A stretch of 64,000 nt of DNA. It comes from Candidatus Thermosaccharophagus tengchongensis. Its GTDB lineage: Bacteria > Armatimonadota > Fervidibacteria > Fervidibacterales > Thermosaccharophagaceae. A program made the translations under genes and the position numbers. A model generated the notes under the pieces. The model had not been told where the DNA came from. It saw only the letters and a list, made by a program, of their open reading frames with translations, and made no database searches. Positions 1 through 10,825 of the stretch are shown here, in pieces (within the stretch, counting starts at the first letter, position 1; each line of letters begins with the position of its first letter). The DNA is taken from the NCBI GenBank assembly GCA_032161105.1, contig JAVHTD010000001.1. One strand, 5' to 3'.

Positions 1-1
1 G

Positions 2-55
2 AGTAGTGAAGGGGAGACAAGAACAGCATCGGGGGATGAGGAAAAGCCAGATTAA
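2..55 (+). CDS. 3' end of an upstream gene with a polar/acidic tail (SSEGETRTASGDEEKPD*), possibly a chaperone such as DnaK or GrpE; truncated by the window
   Basis: Open frame from the window edge to TAA at 53-55, just upstream of dnaJ; identity inferred from context only. Confidence 0.3.
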   Translation, partial: SSEGETRTASGDEEKPD

Positions 56-83
56 CTCCCTCTCGTTCAGGAGTTGAGGTTAG

Positions 84-1232
84 ATGCCGCAGGGTTACAA
101 GGACTACTATGCAATACTTGGCGTGTCCCGTGATGCCACTCAGGAGGAGATAAAGCGGGCATTCAAGCGGCTGGCTAAGGAGTGGCATCCCGACCTAAAC
201 CCACATAGGCGTAAAGAGGCGGAGGAGAGGTTCAAGGAGATCGCTGAGGCGTATCAAGTTTTGAGCGACCCGGAGAAGCGGCGCATGTATGACCTTTATG
301 GGCGGGTTGATGTTCAGCCGGCTGTGTCATCTTGGAGCGACTTTGGCGCATACGACCCATTCAGCGAGCTTTTTGACATCTTTGACTCATTCTTTGGTGT
401 CGGGACGAGGTCTTCAAGGCGTGAGAGGCGCACTGAGCGAGGCGAGGATGTAACAGTTGAGCTCTTCATGACGCTTGAGGAGGCACACAATGGCGCTACA
501 AAGGAGATTCAAGTCCCGTTGCTCGTGACTTGCAGCAATTGCGGTGGGACTGGTGCTGAGCGCGGCAAAATGCGCTTTTGCACGGAATGCGGTGGCAGCG
601 GGCGTGTCACATACTCACAAACGAGCTTCGGCGGCTTTGTCAGGTCGGTTACTACCATCACATGTCCATCGTGTGGTGGCAGTGGCAGAGTTGTTGATGA
701 CATCTGCAAGCGCTGTGGCGGAACCGGGAGGGAAAGGGAGACTCAAACTGTGACGGTTGAGATACCGCCGGGTGTTGAGGATGGTATGGAATTGCGTCTG
801 CCGGGGCATGGGAATGCAGGTCGGTATGGTGGGCAGCGTGGTGACCTATACATCCAAATACGGCTATTGCCGCATGAGCGCTTCCAAAGGAAGGGCAAAG
901 ACCTTTACACCGAAGTGACAATCACATTCCCGCAGGCTGCGTTGGGCGATGTGCTCACCATACACACACTTGATGGCGATGTTGAACTCGTCATTCCGCC
1001 GGGAACGCAGCCAAATGAGGTGCTGCGCATACCGCACAAGGGTATGCCAGACTTAAAGGGTAAAGGCAAAGGCGACCTCTATGTGACCGTTAAGGTGGAT
1101 GTGCCAAAGCAATTGACGCAGCAGCAACGTAAGCTCCTCCTTGAGCTCGCCGAGAGCATGAATGTGCGCCCGAAGGGCGCTGATAAATCCTTCTTTGAGA
1201 GGCTTAAAGGGGCATTCGGACAGCGCAAGTGA
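84..1232 (+). CDS. dnaJ: Chaperone DnaJ
   Basis: J-domain with HPD motif, G/F-rich region, four CxxCxGxG repeats, C-terminal domain with GDLY motifs. Confidence 0.97.
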   Translation: MPQGYKDYYAILGVSRDATQEEIKRAFKRLAKEWHPDLNPHRRKEAEERFKEIAEAYQVLSDPEKRRMYDLYGRVDVQPAVSSWSDFGAYDPFSELFDIFDSFFGVGTRSSRRERRTERGEDVTVELFMTLEEAHNGATKEIQVPLLVTCSNCGGTGAERGKMRFCTECGGSGRVTYSQTSFGGFVRSVTTITCPSCGGSGRVVDDICKRCGGTGRERETQTVTVEIPPGVEDGMELRLPGHGNAGRYGGQRGDLYIQIRLLPHERFQRKGKDLYTEVTITFPQAALGDVLTIHTLDGDVELVIPPGTQPNEVLRIPHKGMPDLKGKGKGDLYVTVKVDVPKQLTQQQRKLLLELAESMNVRPKGADKSFFERLKGAFGQRK

Positions 1233-1324
1233 ATGAGCTCGGGTTGCAACTGGCGATGTTGTCACTGCGCTATTATCGCAGCATTACAGCACCCCCCTTG
1301 GGGTGTAGAAAGGGGTGAGCCCTC

Positions 1325-3790
1325 TTGTCCACGACCATCGCAAGGGAGATAATCCCTACGAGCATCGTTGATGAGATGCGCACATCCTACATGCGATATG
1401 CGATGAGCGTCATAGTCAGCCGCGCCCTTCCCGATGTCCGTGACGGTTTGAAGCCAGTTCAAAGGCGCATCCTATATGCAATGTATGAGCAGCGGATGTT
1501 TCCGGACAGACCGAGGGAGAAATGCGCGGCAGTTGTTGGCGAGGTGATGAAGAAGTATCACCCGCATGGAGATGCCCCAATCTACGATGCGCTTGTGCGC
1601 ATGGCTCAAGACTTCAACACACGCTACCCGCTCATTGATGGGCATGGCAACTTTGGCAGCGTAGATGGAGATCCGCCGGCTGCAATGAGATACACCGAAT
1701 GCAGGCTCTCTCCGATAGCGATGGCGATGCTTGAAGACATTGAAAAGGACACCGTCGACTTCCGACCAAACTACGATGAGAAACACCGTGAGCCAGTTGT
1801 AATGCCATCAAAGGTCCCAAACTTGCTCATCAACGGTGCAACTGGCATCGCTGTCGCGATGGCTACGAACATACCGCCACACAACCTGAGTGAGGTGGTT
1901 GATGCGCTCATCCTGCTGATAGACAACCCGAATGCGAGCTTGGACGAGATAATGCGCTTCCTCCCCGGTCCGGACTTCCCGACAGGCGGTATTGTGCTCG
2001 GCGCAAAAGGGTTAAAGCAGGCATACACAACTGGCAGGGGGACGATAACGATACAGGGGCGCGCAACGATAGAGACGCTTGAGGGCGGAAGGACCGGAAT
2101 TGTGATCACAGAGCTGCCGTATCAGGTGAGCAAGGAGGCGCTGATCGTTCAGATAGCGAATCTCGTCAAGGAGCGAAAGCTTGAGGGCGTAACGGATGTC
2201 AACGATGAGACGGACCGCACGGGGATGAGAATCGTCATTGAGCTGCGCAGGGATGCGAATGCGAAGGTCATCTTGAACAAGCTATATAAGCACACAAGCC
2301 TGCGAACGACATACGGCATTATCATGCTGGCACTCGTTGACAACCAGCCGAGGATACTCGGCTTGAAGGAGATGTTGCTCCACTTCCTTGAGCACAGAAA
2401 GCAAGTTGTGCGCAGGCGAACCGAATTTGAGCTCAGGCAAGCTGAGGAGCGCGCACATATACTTGAGGGCTTAAGGGCTGTTGCCGGGCGAATTGAAGAG
2501 GCGATAAGGTTGATACGGAAGTCGGAGAACAGAGATGAGGCAAGGGACAGGCTCATTAGCAGGTTCAAGTTGACGGAGCAACAGGCAAATGCCGTCCTTG
2601 ACATGCCGCTCGGCAGATTGACGAGGCTTGACCAACAGGCTTTAAAGGATGAGTATCGTGAGCTCATCAAGCGAATTGAGTATTTGCGCGGCTTGCTTCG
2701 CCACCCGAGGCAGCTTATGGAGGTCATCAAAGAAGAGCTCAAGGAGCTGAAGAGCAAGTTTGGTGACCCGAGGAGGACTATACTCATCCCAGAGGAGCCT
2801 GAAGAGGCATCGCTTGAGGACCTGATTGACCTGCAAGACCTCGTCATCACGATAACAAGGGATGGATACATAAAGCGCGTGCCGCTGAGCACATACAGGG
2901 TGCAAGGGCGCGGCGGGAAGGGAGTGCTCGCCTTGACGAAGAAGGAGGAAGATACCGTCTCCCACATATTTGTTGCGACGACGCACCACACAATTCTCTT
3001 CTTCACGAACAAGGGCAAATGCTACCATCTCAAGGCATACGAAGTCCCGGTTGCCTCAAGGCAGGCTCGCGGGATTCCCATAATCAACCTGATTCAACTT
3101 GATGATGGCGAGAGGATTGTAGCCACAGTCCCGATACCGAGGTTTGACATAGGTGGTTACCTGTTCATGTGCACGAGGATGGGCTTGGTCAAAAAGACAC
3201 CGCTTGAGCAGTTCCAGACGAGGCTGTCAAGAGGGGTTCAGGCAATGAAGCTTGATGACGGTGACGAGCTCTGTTGGGTGCGCTGGACGGACGGCGAGCG
3301 CGACATCGTGTTGGCGACAGCCGGCGGGATGGTGATACGGTTTTCGGAAGGGGATGTTCGTCCAATGGGCAGGCAAGCTGGCGGGATAAGGGGCATAAAG
3401 TTGCGCTCTGGTGATGTCGTTGCCGCAATGGATGTTGTTGAGCCGGATGCAACTGAGATGCTCCTCGTCACCGAGAGGGGCTTTGGGAAGCGAACAAAGC
3501 TTGACCAAGTCAAGCGCATAGGGAGGGGTGGAAAGGGAGTCATCGGGATTAAGGTGAGCGAGCGCAATGGCAAGCTCGTCTCGTTACACACGGTGCGCGA
3601 GGATGATGAGGTGTTGCTCATCACGGCTAAAGGTATCCTGACAAGGCAGCGTGTCAAGGCGATTTCGCTGATCGGAAGGACTGCGCAGGGAATAAGGTTG
3701 ATGAGGCTGGATCCGGATGATAGAGTTGTTGATGCAGCGCTCATACCGAGTGGGAGAGTTGGTGAAGACGGAAATGCGTCCGAAGGGTAA
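1325..3790 (+). CDS. gyrA: DNA gyrase subunit A
   Basis: [21 protein letters not shown], catalytic AAMRYTE, GyrA-box QGRGGKG, C-terminal pinwheel repeats; TTG start. Confidence 0.96.
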   Translation: MSTTIAREIIPTSIVDEMRTSYMRYAMSVIVSRALPDVRDGLKPVQRRILYAMYEQRMFPDRPREKCAAVVGEVMKKYHPHGDAPIYDALVRMAQDFNTRYPLIDGHGNFGSVDGDPPAAMRYTECRLSPIAMAMLEDIEKDTVDFRPNYDEKHREPVVMPSKVPNLLINGATGIAVAMATNIPPHNLSEVVDALILLIDNPNASLDEIMRFLPGPDFPTGGIVLGAKGLKQAYTTGRGTITIQGRATIETLEGGRTGIVITELPYQVSKEALIVQIANLVKERKLEGVTDVNDETDRTGMRIVIELRRDANAKVILNKLYKHTSLRTTYGIIMLALVDNQPRILGLKEMLLHFLEHRKQVVRRRTEFELRQAEERAHILEGLRAVAGRIEEAIRLIRKSENRDEARDRLISRFKLTEQQANAVLDMPLGRLTRLDQQALKDEYRELIKRIEYLRGLLRHPRQLMEVIKEELKELKSKFGDPRRTILIPEEPEEASLEDLIDLQDLVITITRDGYIKRVPLSTYRVQGRGGKGVLALTKKEEDTVSHIFVATTHHTILFFTNKGKCYHLKAYEVPVASRQARGIPIINLIQLDDGERIVATVPIPRFDIGGYLFMCTRMGLVKKTPLEQFQTRLSRGVQAMKLDDGDELCWVRWTDGERDIVLATAGGMVIRFSEGDVRPMGRQAGGIRGIKLRSGDVVAAMDVVEPDATEMLLVTERGFGKRTKLDQVKRIGRGGKGVIGIKVSERNGKLVSLHTVREDDEVLLITAKGILTRQRVKAISLIGRTAQGIRLMRLDPDDRVVDAALIPSGRVGEDGNASEG

Positions 3791-4229
3791 GCGCTTTGAA
3801 CTGCTTGAGCACACTGCCGATAGCGGTGTGGTTGCGTTTGGCGATTCGTTTGAGAGCCTGCTTGAGAACGCTGCTGCAGGCATGTTCAGCATCATCGCCG
3901 ATGTAGATTCGGTTAAGCCAAAGCGATCCATTTGCGTTGAAGTTGAGGCGGATTCATACGAGGCATTGCTTGTGGCATTGCTGCGTGAGCTGCTCTTTCA
4001 ACACGATGCCTATGGATTCATCTTCAAGGAGTTGAAGGTTGAGGAGTTGAGTCAGCTCTCCGACGAACACGGTGAGATGCGTTTTAAGTTGCGCGCCATT
4101 GCATTTGGTGAACCGGTCTCGGAGACAAATGCGGAGCTGCATGGCGACATCAAAGCCGTCACATATCACGGGCTTAAGGTTGAGCGCGACGCCGGTGGCT
4201 GGAGGGCGCAAGTCATCTTTGATGTGTGA
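3774..4229 (+). CDS. Archease (RtcB cofactor family)
   Basis: N-terminal [13 protein letters not shown]-terminal IFDV; likely ATG at 3774 overlapping the gyrA end. Confidence 0.9.
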   Translation: MRPKGKRFELLEHTADSGVVAFGDSFESLLENAAAGMFSIIADVDSVKPKRSICVEVEADSYEALLVALLRELLFQHDAYGFIFKELKVEELSQLSDEHGEMRFKLRAIAFGEPVSETNAELHGDIKAVTYHGLKVERDAGGWRAQVIFDV

Positions 4230-4242
4230 GGGCGATTGATGA

Positions 4243-5334
4243 ATGATGGCGCTAAGGAAGGGTGCAATGGTATTGGCGTGTGCCTTAATTGCCGCAGCAG
4301 CTTTGCTCCTCATGCACGGTTGCAAGGGCAAGAAGCGCCAGCCAATAATGCTGCTCTCCGGCACTGGGAGAATATGCGGCGTTGTCCTTGACGAGGATGG
4401 GATGCCGGTTTCAAAGGCTGTCGTTTATGTTGAGGGTTTAGCGAGGGTAGCACTCACGGATGATAAGGGGCAGTATACGCTCTCCGGGCTTCCAAAGGGG
4501 ACTTATGTGGTTGTGGCAGCATTGCCCGGCTATCGCAGGGCTGTGCGCACGAATGTCACGGTGAGCGAAGGGAAGGTGACGAGCGGAGTTGACCTGACAC
4601 TCGTTCGTGACCCGAAATATGAGCCGGACATGATACGCTTCATTGATGTATCGCCGCCAGAGGGGACGAGGATTGAATGTGGCAAGCCCGTGTTCGTCAG
4701 GGGAAGGATACAATACGCGTTGCGAAATGCTCGTTGGGGCACAATCTACATCTTCCTCATTGACGAGGGTGGCAAGCATGTTCTTGAGGGCAACTTGAGC
4801 AGGATATCGGCGATGACTGGCGAGCACATTGTCCCCTTCGGGAGGCAGGTCATCATACCGCAAGATGTGAGCGGGCGCATATACCTTGTTGCTGCTTTGT
4901 TTGCCGGGCAGGAGGCATCAGCATGCGCCGCTGACACTGTGGTGTATTCAACTGGCGTGGTGAGGGATGAAGTTGCTTTCCTAAGTTCCGAGCCGCCATT
5001 CGGGACGGAGCTTATAGCTGAATCGGGCATCAAGTTGAAGCTGAGATTGCGCTACCTGCTTGAGTCGGTTGAGAAGGCGCTCTTGAAAGTTGAGTTGCTC
5101 GGTGGGACGCAATCCGGAAGATACACCGTTGTTCTCGCTGAGGCAAGCCTTACAGTTGCAAAGTCGGGCGCTGAGCCGCAAGAGGTGGATGTTGAACTTG
5201 AATGCATACCGAGGGCGCACATGCCGGCGATTAAGGCAAGGGCTTTGCTCATGACAGCGGACGAGAAAAGCATAATCGCAGCTGCTTGGTCGCAAAGGTT
5301 TATCGTGGTGACGCCGAGGGGAGTAAGCAAATAG
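4243..5334 (+). CDS. Lipoprotein with carboxypeptidase-regulatory-like (prealbumin-like) domain
   Basis: Signal peptide with lipobox-like LMHGC; G-x-V-x-D...PV..A.V...TD..G.Y...L..G.Y pattern. Confidence 0.75.
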   Translation: MMALRKGAMVLACALIAAAALLLMHGCKGKKRQPIMLLSGTGRICGVVLDEDGMPVSKAVVYVEGLARVALTDDKGQYTLSGLPKGTYVVVAALPGYRRAVRTNVTVSEGKVTSGVDLTLVRDPKYEPDMIRFIDVSPPEGTRIECGKPVFVRGRIQYALRNARWGTIYIFLIDEGGKHVLEGNLSRISAMTGEHIVPFGRQVIIPQDVSGRIYLVAALFAGQEASACAADTVVYSTGVVRDEVAFLSSEPPFGTELIAESGIKLKLRLRYLLESVEKALLKVELLGGTQSGRYTVVLAEASLTVAKSGAEPQEVDVELECIPRAHMPAIKARALLMTADEKSIIAAAWSQRFIVVTPRGVSK

Positions 5335-5435
5335 CAGCGAAGTTAACGGTGTTAGAGTTTGTCGGCATGCGGTGCGTGATGTCCCTTTTGCGTGTTCAAG
5401 TGGCGATGCCTTGGGAGTGCCATTGAGGCAATAAG

Positions 5436-8400
5436 GTGAGTCATGTGAGCGAATGCGTCGGCGCTCATTCAAAGGTGTTCCTTCATCAACATCGCTGGAT
5501 GTGCATTGTTGCCTTCATAGGCACGCTGCTTGTATGTTGCTCTGGCACCAACATGCCGGCGCATGCGGATGACGGTGGTGGGTATACCGTAGCGGGTGTT
5601 GAAGGTGATGCCGACCAAACCGAGGTTGCAATTCGTGTCGGCGATGAGATAAAGCTGAGCAGGATGAAGCACATTGACAGCCAACCGAGCAGGATAGTCA
5701 AGGCACAGCCGATGCCGAAAGTTGCCGATGGGCAGCTTTGCTCATGGCGCATCGCATCCCTGACGCAACTCGGTGGCGCTCACGCAGAGACTGGGTTTGG
5801 CAAGCAGCTTACAAGCAAGCCGAGGGAGGGAGGAAGCGTTTGGCGCAAGTTGCAAATTCGCGGCACCGGGTTGCTCTCCTACAACATCCGCGATGTGGAA
5901 TCTTCAAGCAGCGCCGGAAGGGCTGCATTCGTGCAGGAAAACTATGGCGCTGCGAAGTCGCTTTACCACTACTCCTCAATCACGGTTGAAGGACCAATCT
6001 TGGGGAAGCTGCGCGTGCGTGCACAATTCAACACGCCATCATACAGCCCGAGGTCAAACACATTTGTGCTTGAGTATCCGGTGGGCAACTTCCTCCTGCG
6101 CTACGGCGACATGAGCCTATCAATCGTCGGAAACAGGTTTGCATCCTTGAGCCGATGGACAAGGGGCTTTGAACTTCGCTACTCGCTTGATGGTAAGGCT
6201 GAAAGCGTATACGGCATTGGGCAGGGTTCACCCAAAGGAAACGAACTCGTCATAGTGACTGCCGAGGGTAAGTCGCAAGTCAAGAGGGATGTCATTCAGG
6301 GAAACAACACTTCGGGACCGTTCTTCCTGAGCAGTAGCCCGATAGTTGAGGGCAGTGAGCAAGTGCTCGTTGATATGCGTCAGATGAGGCGCGGTGAGGA
6401 TTACCAAATTGACTACGATACGGGCATGCTCACATTCCTCGGGGCAACTGTTATACCGCCAACTTCAACCATCATCGTCACATACGAGGCTGCTCAACCG
6501 GGCGAGGGCATTGGGCGCTTTTGGGGCGCAAGGCTCAACTGGCATTTTGGGAATCGTGGGCGAGTCGGGATTTCCTTCCTGACGCAGGGCGCGGCGCAGA
6601 GGCAGAGCAGCTACGACGGCGTCAAGCGGCGTGAGGAATTCTTGGGCGCAAACACAGTCGGACCTTTCCAGCTGAGCCAGCGCCCGATAGTTGAAGGGAG
6701 TGAATCGGTGACCGTAAACGGTGTCCTTCAGGAGCGCAATCGCGACTACATCATCAACTACATCAGCGGCTTGATAACATTCGTCCGACCTGTCCCAGTT
6801 GGCGCAATCATCGCCGTTGAATATTTGCAGCGCGCATCACATGGTGCTGTCATCGGGCAGCATAGTGTCGTCGGGTTGGACGCCGATATATCGTTTGGGC
6901 GGCTTGGCGAGGTCAACTTGCAATTGGCACAAAGTAACGGGCCGGCGCGCAGCGGAACGGCGATTGAAATCGCCTCTCGGCTTTCGTTCGGCAGGTTAAA
7001 AGCTCATGGGGAGCAAAAGGGCGTATCAGAATCGGCTCAGCGTGGTGAGCAATCCAGCACTCGCCTTCAACTGCCGGAAGCGGGCGCACAGGTGGGCGAG
7101 TTTAAATCGGGCAGCGCGGATGAGGCTGGCGATAATACGCTCAGTGGCGATCGGGCAAACAATGCTGAGTGGGTGCGGGGAGGGGAAGATTTGCGCCAAA
7201 GCCCATCGGGTGGCAATGTGAGTTCGGTTGATGAAAGGGCGTTTGAACATAGCAGCGCATCGCCATCACGCATCACGGTTTTGCAACCACAACGCACACT
7301 CGTTGAACGCCAACAATGGAGCGCATGGCAAGGCGAATTGAGTGAGCCATACAGGGGAATGCAAGTTGGCGGTGCAAGGACTGAGTTAACATTGCGCCTG
7401 CTCAAGGTAACGCCCGGATTTGCGAGGATTGAGAATGCCGACTTCTATCAAAACGAGTCCGGGTTTGAGGCGAGCTTGGTTCACCGCTTCACTCCGCACA
7501 TCGCATTCACATCACATTGGGTGAGTGCGAGCACTTCATACCTCACCAGCGCATTTGGCATGTCATCGTCACCCACAAGCAGCAAGCGTTTCTCGGCGGC
7601 GCTTTCGTTTGACAAGCCCAACTTGCCGACACTTCGTCTGGCACACCAGCGCTTCAGCTTTGGCAGCAAGGGCAGCAGCAATGAGTATGCGAGCACTTCG
7701 GCGCTCATCTCTTACCGACGCAGGCGGTGGAGCATTGATGCAGCTTACGAGGATAATTCACAATCATCCGTGAACGCCATCAGCAGTTCGGCGGGTGATA
7801 AGGCAGCTTCACAAGGGTATGGCTCAAGCGGACGCACAAGGACAACGCTATGCAGGCTCAGCTTCAAGTATGAGCCATCCGAAAGGCTTTTCCTGAGCGC
7901 CGATTGGTCATCAAACAGGTCAACGAGTGGCTCACGCTCAGTAAGCGCTTCCAACCTTCAACTCGGCACGAGCTTTCAAGCATCGCGGTCTTTGCGCCTC
8001 TCATTCTCGCACAACATACTCACCGGCTCAGGCAGCGCCGGTATTGGCTCATTTATCATCGGCGGAGCTGCCGGCGCATACAGCGGTTTGCCATACACTT
8101 TCGGAGCATACGACATCGGCGCTGTTCAGTATGGTGGGATGATGACAGGGCTTGGCGGGTATGGGACTTTCGGCGCTGCACAGCGCCCTATAACCGGCTT
8201 GGGCGGTATGAGCGCCATCGGATACCACAGCGGGGCGATCGGTGGCTCACCCGGCTACGGCAGTGAATGGCGCAAGCGCCAGACCGAGGGCGGCTCAACA
8301 TTAACAGCTGCGAGGAATAAGTCAGTTGCCACTGTGGCATCACTTGACTGGCAGCCAAGCAGCCGATTGAGTTTTCTTTGCCAGTTCTCGCGCCAGTTGA

Positions 8401-8939
8401 CTTATGGCTCAAGCTTTATCGCCGATTACAGCAGCACTGATTGGGGCATGCAGCTTGGCTATCAGCTCTCACGCAAACTGACGCTCACCGGGCAGTTCTC
8501 GCGCCAGATGCAATCCTTCCTTCAGCCGAGCAGTGAGGCGTTTACGAGCATTTACGGTGTGGGTATGCACTATGCAGGCAACAAGCTCAATGCGTCGCTC
8601 TACTGGAATGTGCTCAGCAGCGAGAGCACACAGCAATTTTTCGGCGGGGCAACGGAGCAAGTTGGCGGGCAGTTCAATAACGCATTCAAAAGTTTGACGC
8701 TTGACGCTACATATAGGCTGAGCAAGCGCTTGGAATTGATGGGGACATTCGTGCATGCCCGCAACAGAGGGATTGGAGGATATGCGCAGAATTCGTTCCG
8801 AGCCGCGGTTGGCTACCGCATATTTGAGCATCTTTGGTTGGACATCAACATGGAGCGCATTGACCGAAAGGATTTGGTCGGCACTGGCAGCGATTACAAG
8901 GCTACCATTGTCAGCTTTCAACTTCGCGGCACATTCTAA
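5436..8939 (+). CDS. Large predicted outer-membrane beta-barrel protein with two SprA-N-like repeats
   Basis: Signal-like N-terminus, amphipathic beta-strand pattern, terminal Phe (QLRGTF), duplicated PIVEGSExVxV...DYxIxYxxGxxTF motif; start uncertain. Confidence 0.65.
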   Translation: MSHVSECVGAHSKVFLHQHRWMCIVAFIGTLLVCCSGTNMPAHADDGGGYTVAGVEGDADQTEVAIRVGDEIKLSRMKHIDSQPSRIVKAQPMPKVADGQLCSWRIASLTQLGGAHAETGFGKQLTSKPREGGSVWRKLQIRGTGLLSYNIRDVESSSSAGRAAFVQENYGAAKSLYHYSSITVEGPILGKLRVRAQFNTPSYSPRSNTFVLEYPVGNFLLRYGDMSLSIVGNRFASLSRWTRGFELRYSLDGKAESVYGIGQGSPKGNELVIVTAEGKSQVKRDVIQGNNTSGPFFLSSSPIVEGSEQVLVDMRQMRRGEDYQIDYDTGMLTFLGATVIPPTSTIIVTYEAAQPGEGIGRFWGARLNWHFGNRGRVGISFLTQGAAQRQSSYDGVKRREEFLGANTVGPFQLSQRPIVEGSESVTVNGVLQERNRDYIINYISGLITFVRPVPVGAIIAVEYLQRASHGAVIGQHSVVGLDADISFGRLGEVNLQLAQSNGPARSGTAIEIASRLSFGRLKAHGEQKGVSESAQRGEQSSTRLQLPEAGAQVGEFKSGSADEAGDNTLSGDRANNAEWVRGGEDLRQSPSGGNVSSVDERAFEHSSASPSRITVLQPQRTLVERQQWSAWQGELSEPYRGMQVGGARTELTLRLLKVTPGFARIENADFYQNESGFEASLVHRFTPHIAFTSHWVSASTSYLTSAFGMSSSPTSSKRFSAALSFDKPNLPTLRLAHQRFSFGSKGSSNEYASTSALISYRRRRWSIDAAYEDNSQSSVNAISSSAGDKAASQGYGSSGRTRTTLCRLSFKYEPSERLFLSADWSSNRSTSGSRSVSASNLQLGTSFQASRSLRLSFSHNILTGSGSAGIGSFIIGGAAGAYSGLPYTFGAYDIGAVQYGGMMTGLGGYGTFGAAQRPITGLGGMSAIGYHSGAIGGSPGYGSEWRKRQTEGGSTLTAARNKSVATVASLDWQPSSRLSFLCQFSRQLTYGSSFIADYSSTDWGMQLGYQLSRKLTLTGQFSRQMQSFLQPSSEAFTSIYGVGMHYAGNKLNASLYWNVLSSESTQQFFGGATEQVGGQFNNAFKSLTLDATYRLSKRLELMGTFVHARNRGIGGYAQNSFRAAVGYRIFEHLWLDINMERIDRKDLVGTGSDYKATIVSFQLRGTF

Positions 8940-8940
8940 A

Positions 8941-10809
8941 GTGCCCATTGCGCTGCTCGCTTTAGCCACCTCACTGCTCATCAGGTGCGGCGGTGGTAAG
9001 CCCACGAGCCCCGATAACATCCCGAATCAGACAGCCAAGGCAGTGATATTGGTCACTTCAACCCCGGGTGGGGCGAGGATTTTCCTTGACGGAGTTGACA
9101 CCAACGCCTACTCAGCTCCTTCGGGGAGCACCCCCACAAAGCTTGAGTTGCCGCAGTTTGTGCCCGCGGAAAGCGTTCATTTGGTCACACTCAGGCTTGA
9201 TGGCTATTACGAATGGAACACATTTGTGATGGTAATGCCCAGCTCAACCGTGATGGTTGATGCCAAGCTTACAAGTGTTGGACAAGCAAGTGCCACAAGC
9301 ACATTGCGCATAAGTTCTGAGCCTGAGGGCGCATTGATATCCATTGATGGCAAGCCAACCGGCTTGGTCACGCCGACCGAGTTGAAGAACCTCTCCCCAA
9401 CGAGGCACGCAATCAAGCTTGAGTTGAGTGGCATCGGGGAAGTATACGACTTCGTTGAACTTAAGCCCGATGTCGCTTACGAGTTGCATGTTGTATTTGA
9501 CGAGCCGGGCAAAGGTTCAATATCCGGCGTCGTTTACAATGCCTACGGGGATACGCTGCTTGATGCTGAGGTTCAGCTCATTCAAGGTGAGCGAGTTGTA
9601 GCGAGCACGAGGACAACGCAATTTGGCACCTTCATTTTCAGGAACTGTCCTCCGGGAAGATACAAGTTGCGGGCAACAGCCGAGCTTGCCGGCGTGACAT
9701 TGATTGGCGAGCGCGATAATGTCATCGTTGCAAGCGGCAGAAGGACTTTTAACGCCGATGTGACCGTCTTCCCGGAGGGCGCAACTGGCGGCGTCTGTGG
9801 GGTTGTGAAGAACCGAAATGGGCAACCAATTAAGGGTGCATATGTGTTTACGCTCATCGGCATGCTCTCATCCGTGTCGGATGTTACCGATGAGTTTGGA
9901 CGATATCGCTTGAGCGGAATGCCAGCCGGTTCGGCGATCGTTGAAGTTGTGGCAGATGGCTATCTGCAAGCTCGCCAGAGTGTTCAGGTTGAGAGCGGTA
10001 AGGAAGTGGAGCTCAATTTCACCCTGACCGAAGTCACCTCAGGGCTCCAACCGCTGCCCAAGCCACCAAACTTGAGCGGGACAGCATTCACATACCCTGC
10101 ATCTGTGACCAGGGGCGCTTATAGCGCGGGCTTTAATGCCTTCATGTCGTTTCTTCGTCGTCACCGAGTAGTTGGGTTGAGCAAGGTGCTCGGTGAGGCG
10201 CGCAAATTGTTTCCGAGGAAGCGCCTTCCACCGAAAGGCTGCATCATTGAGGCATCCTTGTGGTGGATGCCCGTCAGCAGGGAGGATATAGCCGGTTACT
10301 GCGTTTATCGCAGCTATGCTCACATTGGCGGCTTCAAGCGAATAGCAACAATACGGGGGACATCGTTGCCATTGTTCGTTGACATATCCGATGAGCACGC
10401 GCCGCTTAAGCCCGTGAGATATGCAATCACGCTGCTTTCAGCTACGGGCAGCGAGAGCGAGATGAGCAATGAAGTGAAGCTCATCCCGTTGGGTGATTTG
10501 CGCTTGTCATCACCGAGTAACGATGCGGTGATTTCAGTCAGTGAGGGTGAGCAGATAACCTTTGAATGGCAGCCTGTGGATGGAGCTGCTGCATATTGGG
10601 TGCAGCTGTATGCCGAGTTTCCAACGGGTGCAGTTGATCCGCAGTGGGAGACGACGATACCGCTCAAGGGAACGAGTGTCGTTTATGATGGTCAACCGCT
10701 ATTGCGCGCCAAGAGCTACTACTGGATGGCTATCGCCGCAGACTCGGAAGACCCGAAGACGGCGACCGCATTCAGCTACAGTGAATTGAGGCGATTCACA
10801 ACGAAATGA
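8941..10809 (+). CDS. Lipoprotein with two PEGA domains, carboxypeptidase-regulatory-like domains and FN3-like C-terminus
   Basis: Lipobox-like LLIRC-GGG; PEGA motifs VTSTPGGARIFLDG and ISSEPEGALISIDG; GTG at 8941 just after the previous stop is preferred over 8755. Confidence 0.75.
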   Translation: MPIALLALATSLLIRCGGGKPTSPDNIPNQTAKAVILVTSTPGGARIFLDGVDTNAYSAPSGSTPTKLELPQFVPAESVHLVTLRLDGYYEWNTFVMVMPSSTVMVDAKLTSVGQASATSTLRISSEPEGALISIDGKPTGLVTPTELKNLSPTRHAIKLELSGIGEVYDFVELKPDVAYELHVVFDEPGKGSISGVVYNAYGDTLLDAEVQLIQGERVVASTRTTQFGTFIFRNCPPGRYKLRATAELAGVTLIGERDNVIVASGRRTFNADVTVFPEGATGGVCGVVKNRNGQPIKGAYVFTLIGMLSSVSDVTDEFGRYRLSGMPAGSAIVEVVADGYLQARQSVQVESGKEVELNFTLTEVTSGLQPLPKPPNLSGTAFTYPASVTRGAYSAGFNAFMSFLRRHRVVGLSKVLGEARKLFPRKRLPPKGCIIEASLWWMPVSREDIAGYCVYRSYAHIGGFKRIATIRGTSLPLFVDISDEHAPLKPVRYAITLLSATGSESEMSNEVKLIPLGDLRLSSPSNDAVISVSEGEQITFEWQPVDGAAAYWVQLYAEFPTGAVDPQWETTIPLKGTSVVYDGQPLLRAKSYYWMAIAADSEDPKTATAFSYSELRRFTTK

Positions 10810-10825
10810 TGGTGGTGGATGTGGC

